Shown: positions 8,366 to 16,853 of the stretch, one piece after another
Layout: each line of letters opens with the position of its first letter
How positions within the stretch are numbered: position 1 is the first letter of the stretch
Assembly: GCA_966675205.1 (NCBI GenBank)
Contig: CBKWLJ010000059.1
Location: forward strand, 1 to 26,555
Length of the DNA: 26,555 nucleotides
Direction: 5' to 3'
Source of the DNA: an uncultured bacterium
Lineage (GTDB): Bacteria; Cyanobacteriota; Cyanobacteriia; Cyanobacteriales; Coleofasciculaceae
Program-made: the position numbers and the translations under genes
Notes under the pieces: model-generated
What the model was told of the DNA's origin: nothing
What the model saw: the letters and a program-made list of their open reading frames with translations, nothing else
Database searches by the model: none

Positions 8366-9117
8366 GTCTGGTTATCCTCACAAAATTACTGCATGACGAA
8401 AATTTTTTGACAAAGTCTAGAAACAGCAGCTTTAGTAAGCTGACTGTATCAATGAAGCAGATGAACGTGATTTGATCAACTTGAAAGCTTAATGAAATTA
8501 GCTCTTCATCAAATGCTCACCTGATTTGATTAAAGTTTCAGTAATTTCCAGGGCATTGCCAGACTGATATTCAAACATAGGCAGGCACACTGCACGCAAG
8601 ATTCCAGAGTCGTTGCAAGCGAGAAAAGGCTTTTTCCACCTTGAAAGACTATTTGGCACCAACAGCAGGAACACTGACCAATAGCTTGACAGTGTTTGGC
8701 AAATCACCTGTAGAAAGATGTTCTATCTTTCAGGCCAATTCGCTAGTATATCCACCACAGCAACTAGGGTTTGGTTATAGAGCTGATAGAGACTGCAACT
8801 CAACACTTTTTTCTCGACTCGATACTCTTGCCGCAATGATCTAACGAGTCAACGGATGGTAGAGATGCACTTAACATAGGAGCCTAGTAGAGATGCACTG
8901 TCGGCGGCGATGCTCGTTATTATACATACTAGCCAAACGCACCCATCACGCAAAGCGCTTGTTTGTTGACCTAACTTCTACCATAACCGAATCTTTTTAA
9001 ATTGTCGGCTGGGTCTATTCACTCAGTTGACTTAGGTTAACTCGCTATAGCTAATTTTTAGCGATAAGACACGGAAACATCGTGCGAGCAGGGGAAAGGC
9101 AGTCGCTTCGCTTGAAA

Positions 9118-9153
9118 GGGAAAAGGTTTTTTGTGCCCCTTTTACCTTTTCCC
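9118..9153. terminator. Hairpin GGGAAAAGGT-(16 nt)-ACCTTTTCCC followed by a T-rich tract, just downstream of the MHYT gene stop
   Basis: The inverted repeat is seen directly. On the plus strand it is followed by TTTTACCTTTTT. It may act as a bidirectional terminator. Confidence 0.35.
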
Positions 9154-9191
9154 TTTTACCTTTTTCCTACCCGAAGGGTTTGAGGGGTACT

Positions 9192-9926
9192 TCACCTCTG
9201 CAAACTTCTCGTCTCAGTATGGAGATATATGGTTGCGAGGGTCATGCTTAGAATCAGAAGAGTAAAAAGGCAAACAATGTAAGCTAAAGATAAATTATCT
9301 AAGCCGGCGGCTTTAACGAGCCTCGTCAAATCGGGTTGAAACATCGCTGCTGCCATTCCCGTATAGTGCATTGAAAGTACCGCACCCCCCATGATGCAAG
9401 CCGTTGCGAACTTAGATCCTTTGAGGCCAGACCGTTCCCGAAATCCAATGGACAGCTTTAAAGCGACTAGAGATACGACAACTGCAATGACAACTGAGAG
9501 TAAGAATAGATCCGGTTTATAACGAACAGAAGCAGGCATTTGCATCGCTGCCATTCCTGTATAGTGCATGATGCAAATGCCAAGACCCATAGAACTGCTG
9601 CCTCCGAGTAAAGCTGCCATACTAGGCTTGGGACGACTAACAATAAATAAGGCTTGAGCTGAGGCTAAGATGGCGGCAACGAGTGAGATCAGAACAATAA
9701 CAAAGTTATAGCTAATGAAAATGGGTACGGAAAAGGCAAGCATAGCAATAAAGTGCATCGACCAAATTCCCATCCCCATGGAGAGTGCGCCTCCCATCAA
9801 CCAAAATCGGCGCGCTAAGCCTTGCGATTTCGTTACCCGACCAGAAAGTTCAAGAGCCGTGTAAGAAGCCAATACAGCAATTATCGCTGACAAAAGAACA
9901 AGATAAGAATTGTAGGAAACTGTCAT
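9192..9926 (-). CDS. Stand-alone MHYT-domain integral membrane protein (putative gas/redox-sensing transmembrane module without an output domain)
   Basis: 244 aa with about 7 predicted TM helices. Three MHYT-type motifs are present (MHFIAM, MHYTGM, MHYTGM) with the spacing characteristic of the MHYT sensor domain. Confidence 0.8.
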   Translation of the reverse strand: MTVSYNSYLVLLSAIIAVLASYTALELSGRVTKSQGLARRFWLMGGALSMGMGIWSMHFIAMLAFSVPIFISYNFVIVLISLVAAILASAQALFIVSRPKPSMAALLGGSSSMGLGICIMHYTGMAAMQMPASVRYKPDLFLLSVVIAVVVSLVALKLSIGFRERSGLKGSKFATACIMGGAVLSMHYTGMAAAMFQPDLTRLVKAAGLDNLSLAYIVCLFTLLILSMTLATIYLHTETRSLQR

Positions 9927-10003
9927 AGTTGTCTAAAGCGTATGTAATGGGATTTGTCAGTGAATGGGTTAGGTTGACAGCTTGGCAGGTTATCTACTAC
10001 ACG

Positions 10004-10078
10004 TTCAACCTTCAACCTTCAACCTTCAACCTGCAACCTTCAACCTTCAACCTTCAACCTTCAACCTTCAACCTTCAA
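10004..10078. repeat. STRR-like heptanucleotide tandem repeat (TTCAACC)x10 (one TGCAACC variant; GGTTGAA on the minus strand); the last unit supplies the MCP TGA stop codon
   Basis: The repeat is seen directly. It occupies the 147-nt gap between the MCP and MHYT genes. Confidence 0.9.
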
Positions 10079-13017
10079 TGTTCAGCAGTGCCGATGTTGA
10101 ATCGACCAACAGACATCTGCAATTTTTCTGCCACTGCTACTGTCTGTCTTAAGGAATCGGAGACTTGGTGAGAGGAATTAGAAGTGAGTTGAGAGGTTTG
10201 GGCAATATCTTGCATCAATTCTTTAACAAGTTGAGAGGTTTGGGCTTGAGAAACCGTTGCGTCTGAAATGAATTGCACGATTTCATCAATTTGACGAGAA
10301 ACATCAAATATTTGCTCTAGATTTTGCTTGGCATCAATTACCATGCGGGTGCCATGATCAACCTGAGTTCTTCCCTTTTGCATCACCTCAATTACTTCTT
10401 TGGTACCATCTTGAATCGCCTCAATCACCTGTTCAATTTCTCGGGTGGCATTGGCGACTTGAGTTGCGAGTTCACCGATTTGTTCGGCAACCACTCGGAA
10501 ACCTTGTCCTTCTTCACCCGCACGGCTAGCCTCAATCCCAGCATTAATTGCTAATAAATTGGTTTGAAGAGCAATTCCCTGAACGATGGAAACTACCTTG
10601 GCAATTTGCTTGGACGATTCAGCCAGAAGCTTGACTTTGTCAGTGGTTTTGACCACTGTTGATTGCAAATTCAAGATATTTTCTACCGTGCTATCGATCG
10701 CTACTCCACCCGCTTCTGCCGCAATCGCAGCCGTGCGGGCAACTTTAGCCGCTTGAGTCGCATTTTGAGCCACCTCTTGGATGGAATGCGTCATCTGTTC
10801 AACAGCGTCTAGAGTCCGAGTAATTTCATCGGCTTGTTGAAGTGCAGCTAGGGAGAGTTGCCGGACAGCGTATTCATCTTCTTGGAGAGAATGATTGACT
10901 TGGACAGAGGTTTGTTTGACTTGCCAAACAATTTCTCGCAGGTTCTCGATAATGGAATTGAAAAAGTCAGCAACAGTACCGATTGTACTTTCTGTCACCT
11001 GAGCTCGAACGGTCAAGTCACCTTTGGCTGAACTTTCAATATCATTGAGCAGATCCAAAACTTGGCTCTGAAGTTCTTCTTTTTGCTGACGTTGTTCGAG
11101 AGAAACCCACTCGGCTTTTTGGCGGGCTTGTTCAACTTGCTGAGAAACGGCTTCTGCTGCCTGACGAGCTAATTCAGCATCTTGGCGCGATCGCTCTAGC
11201 TGTTCGAGGAGGAGGGATTGGTTGAGGGCAAAGCTAATTTGAGCGGCTAACTGTCTGAAAATATCCACTTCATAGTTTTGCCAAACTCGGGGGGCAGAAC
11301 ATTGCTGAGCCCATAACAAAGCGACGACTTCACCGTCTTGTAAAATGGGTACGATCATAAACGCTTTAACTTGAAAGCGTTCTACTAGTTTGCGATGATC
11401 GTCCGACAATTGCGCTTCATGCACATTATCGCAAACCCAAGCGTGTCCTATTTTGTATTTTTCAATCTCCTCTGGAGCTAATGGGTTATCGATGGTTTGC
11501 CCTAAGGCATGAATCCAGCCTGGTGCCACGGATTCGGCGGTGATTGTCCCACTTTCGTAATCCGGATGGATGCGATAAATCACCACTCGCTCTGTTTGTA
11601 CAACAATTCGCACGCCTTCAGCCGAGTTGCTGAGAATATCGTCTGAATTGAGCGATTTATAGATACTGCTCGTAAACTTAGCATACAAGCGCAAACGGTC
11701 AGCTTCGGCTAACTGCCGACGAGCTTGTTCGGCCAAAAAGGCTTCACTAGCGACAATGCTGTCTGCCAAATCATTAAATGTCTGTGCCAGTTCTCCAACT
11801 TCATCGGTACTCACAACATCAGCCCGGATTTTGCGATCGCCCTGAGAAAATTTTTGGGCGGTTTGTTGTAACTGCTTCAGGGGTTGAGCGATGGTTCGCC
11901 CCAGCCAAACGGCTAAAATCACATCAATTACCAACGTTAAGGCAGATATAACCAACTGTACGAGTAAACTCTCCCCAAGCAGTTTATTGAGTGCAGTTTC
12001 TTCCGTTCCCCGGACTAAAATAGCGATCGGCTGTCCCGTAAAATCGGTTACAGCTTTAGCTGCCATTGTGTAGCTTTGGGTTCCGGCAACGGCTCGTTCG
12101 GTGACAATTTTTCCCGGTTGGGCAACAGCTTTCTGTAGTATGGATGTACCCAATAGAGGAACATTGGTCTTTGCTTGCTCTACAGAGGTAGCTGCACCTT
12201 GGTCTAATGCCGTCGCTAAAGTAAATTTTCCAGAAGGTTGGTAAGTATAAACTGCACTGTAACCTCCACCAAAAGTGCGTAGGGTATTTTCGACTATTGA
12301 CAACTTGCCATTTACAATATCCCCAGCCACCAATGCACCAATAACACTGCCAGTTGCCGAATCCTTAACCGGAGTAACCGTGTAACGAATCAGAGCATCT
12401 TGTTTGGGAAAACCCTGAGGAAGTGACGGTGACTCCTTCGCCAATTCAGACCAACTCACAATTTGGCTGGCTTCAATTTGCTTGGGATTTTTGAAGACTT
12501 CACTCACTAAATTGTTCGGATTGAACGTCTCTCCAGCCCGATCTTTGTTAGCATTAACAATAATTTGCAAATTTTTGCCTACTAACGTTGCATATTCAAT
12601 GTTTTCTGCCTCAATTTCATTGCGAAGAACCTGCTTAACTTGAGCGCGCAAATCGGGTGTTAGACTTTGACCTGTGGCGTGAGTTTTCGCCGCTGTGATT
12701 ACAGCCGTGTTATCGGATTGGCTGCGGAAACCCGTAACCATTTGGTCAATTTTGATGTTGTAGTTAATGGCCGCAACAGCTAATTCAGCTTCCGCTTGCC
12801 TAAGTAACTGCGTTCGCCCCGATGTCACAATCAATACAGAACCGACCCCTACAAGCCCAACAATAGAAATTACTTCTGAAGTAAACAGTCCTGTAAGCTG
12901 CTTGCCTCTAACTGATAAGTTAGAAAACCATTCCACAGAAGATGATTGGTATTCTTGGGAGCGAGAATCACGGGTCTGAGAAACTGAGCCTGTAATTTTT
13001 AATTTCGCTGGTGTCAT
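10075..13017 (-). CDS. Methyl-accepting chemotaxis protein: TM1, about 290-aa periplasmic (dCache-like) domain, TM2, HAMP, GAF, MCP signalling domain
   Basis: 980 aa. The N-terminal TM (LFTSEVISIVGLVGVGSVLIV) and second TM (LLVQLVISALTLVIDVILAVWLG) flank a long extracytoplasmic region. HAMP (LKQLQQTAQKFSQGDRKI...ELAQTFNDLADSI) is followed by a GAF-like block. The C-terminal highly conserved MCP domain reads VQGIALQTNLLAINAGIEASRAGEEGQGFRVVAEQIGELA. Confidence 0.85.
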   Translation of the reverse strand: MTPAKLKITGSVSQTRDSRSQEYQSSSVEWFSNLSVRGKQLTGLFTSEVISIVGLVGVGSVLIVTSGRTQLLRQAEAELAVAAINYNIKIDQMVTGFRSQSDNTAVITAAKTHATGQSLTPDLRAQVKQVLRNEIEAENIEYATLVGKNLQIIVNANKDRAGETFNPNNLVSEVFKNPKQIEASQIVSWSELAKESPSLPQGFPKQDALIRYTVTPVKDSATGSVIGALVAGDIVNGKLSIVENTLRTFGGGYSAVYTYQPSGKFTLATALDQGAATSVEQAKTNVPLLGTSILQKAVAQPGKIVTERAVAGTQSYTMAAKAVTDFTGQPIAILVRGTEETALNKLLGESLLVQLVISALTLVIDVILAVWLGRTIAQPLKQLQQTAQKFSQGDRKIRADVVSTDEVGELAQTFNDLADSIVASEAFLAEQARRQLAEADRLRLYAKFTSSIYKSLNSDDILSNSAEGVRIVVQTERVVIYRIHPDYESGTITAESVAPGWIHALGQTIDNPLAPEEIEKYKIGHAWVCDNVHEAQLSDDHRKLVERFQVKAFMIVPILQDGEVVALLWAQQCSAPRVWQNYEVDIFRQLAAQISFALNQSLLLEQLERSRQDAELARQAAEAVSQQVEQARQKAEWVSLEQRQQKEELQSQVLDLLNDIESSAKGDLTVRAQVTESTIGTVADFFNSIIENLREIVWQVKQTSVQVNHSLQEDEYAVRQLSLAALQQADEITRTLDAVEQMTHSIQEVAQNATQAAKVARTAAIAAEAGGVAIDSTVENILNLQSTVVKTTDKVKLLAESSKQIAKVVSIVQGIALQTNLLAINAGIEASRAGEEGQGFRVVAEQIGELATQVANATREIEQVIEAIQDGTKEVIEVMQKGRTQVDHGTRMVIDAKQNLEQIFDVSRQIDEIVQFISDATVSQAQTSQLVKELMQDIAQTSQLTSNSSHQVSDSLRQTVAVAEKLQMSVGRFNIGTAEH

Positions 13018-13115
13018 TCTAATTTCTAATATTAACGATTAAGCAATTGCCATAATTACAGGGGAAGGATTTGTTCACCTTGTCCCCTAGCTATAGACAG
13101 GAAATGCATCCTAGT

Positions 13116-13145
13116 TTTATAGGGTTTATGTAGATGCCCTATAAA
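13116..13145. promoter_or_regulatory. Perfect 9-12-9 palindrome TTTATAGGG-N12-CCCTATAAA about 100 to 130 nt upstream of the MCP start; candidate transcription-factor site
   Basis: The inverted repeat is seen directly. The CCCTATAAAA motif also recurs at about 13496-13506. Confidence 0.3.
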
Positions 13146-14545
13146 TTTCAGTTGACTGAGAAACAATCAATTAAGAAGGAACTCCTGAACAGGCAATCCC
13201 TACCATTAAAATTAGGGAATTTGAATCAGGACGCATTGAAACTTCAAGGGCTACCGCCTTGTTTCAACTATTTCTTCTCTTCCCCTAATAAATTAAGCAG
13301 CTTGTGTCCCCGCTCTTTGGGGCTAATTTTCTTTCTCTGTTCAGGAGTTCCCTATTAAGGAGTTCCCGCCCTGTTCGTGGAGCGTTCTCGAAGAGTAGGA
13401 GCTTGATCAAATTGGTAGCAGATTCCTCATATCAATTCAAGATTCAAGTTCTGGAGGCAAATGATTTGCATAATCATAGGTATGGGAATAGTTCGCATTC
13501 CCTATAAAACTATCCCTTGTTTTTAGGGGGTAGGCATCCGATGAACGAGTAGGGTGAATACTCTATAGATAATCAACTTCCAGGTTTTTGGAAGAATTCA
13601 TTACAAAATCTACGGTTTTAGCACCCGGTTTGATTCCTCAATTCCCACTGTCGCCCTGATTAGGAGCCAATGAAAAGATTCCACCTAGACTGACAGTTGG
13701 CTTCTATTAAGGTTTTAATCTTCTACGTACATACCACAATAGCAAATGATTTCTAAGTATGAACTCCGTAGATTGACTGGTAATGTCCGTGAAAATACGG
13801 AGCCTAACTTGCGATACATCAACTTAAGTCAAGGATTTTACAAGTTAGTGGCTGCATATTCAGTTCGAGATATTGAGTAGAATGCCTTTCCAGGCTCACT
13901 ATAGCCTCATTCACTCCAAAAATTAGCGATTGTGCTTACTCGATCGCACTTTTAGCTGAGACTCAGCACTTTAGGGCTCACAATGAGCTATTTCTCCTCA
14001 GACTCCCTGCCCCATCGACGCTTTCCTCCCTTTCTTGGCAGAAAATAGGTATCGAGCGAGTGTTTGATGAGAAGTGTAAACAGTGAGAGTTATTGCTGAC
14101 TGTTCCCCTATTCCTCTCATCTGCTTAGTCTCTTTTCAACGAAAAGTATGATGCACAGGATTACAGCGAACCAAGTTGCCCTGCATCCCTACAAACAGAC
14201 TGAGTTAGAAAGCGTATTGGCTCAGTTCTCGCTACTGCCCAAATCTTGAGACGAATTCTATTAACTTTCGCTTGTCTGTTTACTCAATGGATTTTTTCCG
14301 TCTACGCTTACTTATTCTCCTCAACCCTTAGCCTCGGTGAAATCCCCTTAAAGGTAGATTCAAAGATCAGCCAATAGTAGGTAGCAGTCTTGATAGCTTG
14401 CTGCTATATTAACCGAAGTTTAATCGTTCCTCATCTACGTAAATTTACTAAAATTTTCCCATTCTCCGTTCTGATTTCGCACTATTGCCCATCTCGATCA
14501 GATCAGCAGAACGATAATATGGTTTTGTTCTGTTTGATAGGTTTT

Positions 14546-15745
14546 ATGACTGGCATCTACTCTATACCAACGCAGATTGACAGCCACCGGCAGCAATTTC
14601 CTGCCTTAGCGAATAAAGCCTATTTCAACTTTGGAGGCCAAGGGACGCTACCTCAAGCAGCGTTGGAGGCGATTCAAAAAGCTTATGAATACATTCAGCT
14701 ACATGGTCCATTTTCTGCTGGCGTCAATGCTTGGGTAATCGAGGAAGCTCATAAGACAAGACTTGCGATCGCATCTGAGTTAGGTTCACCTGTAGAAGCG
14801 ATCGCTCTCACTGAAGATGTGACGGTTGGTTGTAACATTGCCATGTGGGGGATTGATTGGCAAGCCGGCGACCACATCCTGCTCACGGATTGCGAACATC
14901 CTGGCATTGTGGCTACAGCCCATGAAATTTGCCGACGGTTTCAGGTTGAAGTCTCCACCTGTCCCATCCTAGAAACCCTCAATCAGGGAAATCCCACAAC
15001 CGTAATCGCACAGCACCTGCGGAAGAATACGCGATTAGTCGTTCTAAGTCATCTGTTGTGGAATACCGGTCAAGTTTTGCCGCTGCGGGAAATTGTTGAT
15101 GCCTGCCACAGTTATTCTACAGGTAGCCATATCATCAGAGTTTTGGTGGATGCCGCGCAGTCGGTGGGTTGCTTGCCATTAAATTTGATGGAATCAGGCG
15201 TTGATTTCTATGCATTCACCGGCCACAAGTGGTGGTGTGGGCCTGAAGGACTCGGTGGACTTTATGTGCGTCCCGATGCCATGGAAAGTCTTCACCCAAC
15301 TTTTATAGGTTGGCGAGGAATTGTGAATGATGCAACGGGTAATCCTATAGGCTGGAAACCCAATGCACAAAGGTTTGAAGTCGCAACGTCAGCCTACCCA
15401 TTGTATGCCGGACTACGTGCTGCGATCGCAACTCATCAACAATGGGGAACCGCACAAGAACGCTACGAGCAAATTTGTCAAATCAGTCAGTACCTCTGGA
15501 AACGTTTATCCCAACTCGAATTTGTTCGCTGTCTGCGTACCTCACCCCCCCAAGCCGGTCTGGTTTCGTTTGTCTTAACTAACGAACAATCTCACCTAAA
15601 GTTGGTACAGTTTCTAGAACAGCAAGGATTCATGCTCCGCACTCTCGCGAATCCTAACTGCGTTCGTGCCTGCACTCACTACTTCACTCATCCTACAGAA
15701 GTTGATCGGTTAGTGGAAGCGATCGCATCGTATCAACTGACCTAA
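14546..15745 (+). CDS. Class V aminotransferase-fold PLP-dependent enzyme (cysteine desulfurase / isopenicillin-N-epimerase-like)
   Basis: The ORF is open from 14390, but the first 50 codons look non-coding, so ATG 14546 (MTGIYSIPTQIDSHRQQFPAL) is the preferred start. Class-V fold motifs are present, including the PLP-lysine region FTGHKWWCGPEGLGGLYV. Confidence 0.75.
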   Translation: MTGIYSIPTQIDSHRQQFPALANKAYFNFGGQGTLPQAALEAIQKAYEYIQLHGPFSAGVNAWVIEEAHKTRLAIASELGSPVEAIALTEDVTVGCNIAMWGIDWQAGDHILLTDCEHPGIVATAHEICRRFQVEVSTCPILETLNQGNPTTVIAQHLRKNTRLVVLSHLLWNTGQVLPLREIVDACHSYSTGSHIIRVLVDAAQSVGCLPLNLMESGVDFYAFTGHKWWCGPEGLGGLYVRPDAMESLHPTFIGWRGIVNDATGNPIGWKPNAQRFEVATSAYPLYAGLRAAIATHQQWGTAQERYEQICQISQYLWKRLSQLEFVRCLRTSPPQAGLVSFVLTNEQSHLKLVQFLEQQGFMLRTLANPNCVRACTHYFTHPTEVDRLVEAIASYQLT

Positions 15746-16339
15746 GCGGAGTATTGGTCAAGCGATTCTAGATTTTAGGGTGGATAAGCGCGAAGCCGTC
15801 ACCCATACCATAGGTTTCATCGCCTGAACCTTTTGTGTAGAAGAGACCCAAATGCGAGATTATAGCAATAATGACCAAACACTAGGCCATTTGCGTCACT
15901 AAATCACTAATACAGTCCCACCCTATTATGAAGCTCGTGTGAAGTTAAGCTTTCCCATGACTTCAGAGCTTGTATAACTTATCCTTATGATGGGTGACGT
16001 GCTTACCCAAATTGACAGAGATGACCTCTTAAAGATTTTATAAGTCATCTATTAATTTTTTTGTGTCTTTAACTACTTCTAGCTACTTTCTTCGTTATAC
16101 AAGCTGTTCAAAGTTAGCTACAAAGAAGTTACATTTAATGAGTCTTTACGTTAATAAGAATTTATATAATTAAACTTTGTGGTTTTTGAATAAAGCATAC
16201 GTGAAATTACTAGTAATCTCTCAAGGGAGAATAGTAGGATTCATTGTCAAAAGTTAATAACAACTTGTTTGAGGAAAACTCTTGAGTTGTGGCTTAAACT
16301 TGCCCCAGACCTAAAGGGGTTTCAGCTCCTGGCACGCCA

Positions 16340-16385
16340 CCAATCATTAGTAGGTAAGTAGCATTTACCTACTAATGATGATTGG
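16340..16385. other. Long AT-rich hairpin (CCAATCATTAGTAGGTAA-gtagca-TTACCTACTAATGATGATTGG, 18-bp stem with a 3-nt bulge) in the 1.1-kb region upstream of the beta-helix gene
   Basis: The inverted repeat is seen directly. Confidence 0.5.
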
Positions 16386-16486
16386 GGTGATGCTAACAGG
16401 AATCAATTGGATTTTAGGAGTCTTTTGATTCCAGTAATTTGACCAGCGAATACTGATACAAACACACCTTCTGAGGAAATTGTAAC

Positions 16487-16648
16487 ATGCAAAACATCAA
16501 AGAGGCTCAAAGCAACGGACTTCATCAGCTATTTAACTTTAGTAAAGAACTGTGTCACAAAACTCTGGAAAATCGTTACAAAACTTCCAGCACTATCGTC
16601 TTTATCGATTCAGCAGTTGACGATTACCCAACTCTGGTTAAGCCGTGA
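16487..16648 (+). CDS. Small ORF (53 aa) with GAGGA RBS; possibly the 5' remnant of a disrupted DUF4347-like large-protein gene
   Basis: It translates to MQNIKEAQSNGLHQLFNFSKELCHKTLENRYKTSSTIVFIDSAVDDYPTLVKP. The STIVFIDSAVDDYPTL segment resembles, from memory, the N-terminal motif of DUF4347 found at the start of giant cyanobacterial repeat proteins. The ORF ends abruptly. Confidence 0.25.
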   Translation: MQNIKEAQSNGLHQLFNFSKELCHKTLENRYKTSSTIVFIDSAVDDYPTLVKP

Positions 16649-16853
16649 CACTAGGAGCGAAGGTTATTGGCAATGATCCTCAAGGGGCTAGTTGGCTTTG
16701 AATTCAAAAGCCTGAGCATTTAACGAGGATAAGGAAACCTGAGTCTCAGTGCTACTGACTTTTCACAACAAGTAAAGTCAGTAGCCACATGAGAGGACAA
16801 CTGATATTAATCCTCATTAAGAGGAATCTTTTGTATTTTTTGGAGAATTAGCA

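Noticed and set aside
8498-8844. ORFs 8498-8707 (minus) and 8641-8844 (plus) in the 0.8-kb intergenic region
   Set aside because: They are short, mutually overlapping, and have neither RBS nor recognisable motifs. The region is more plausibly regulatory or non-coding.
10004-10078. Tandem heptamers as a CRISPR array or phase-variation tract within a coding region
   Set aside because: There are no spacers and the units are only 7 nt, so it is not CRISPR. The array lies after the stop codon, so it cannot frame-shift the MCP.
11400-12000. GAF domain of the MCP as a bilin-binding cyanobacteriochrome photosensor (PixJ-like)
   Set aside because: No canonical Cys-His or DXCF chromophore-attachment motif is visible; the only Cys lies in a non-matching context (HAWVCDNVH). 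I therefore treat it as a generic GAF.
14390-14545. Upstream extension of the aminotransferase ORF starting at 14390
   Set aside because: Its translation (MIACCYINRSLIVPHLRKF...) has atypical composition and overlaps the probable promoter/5'-UTR. The homologous fold begins near the Met at 14546.
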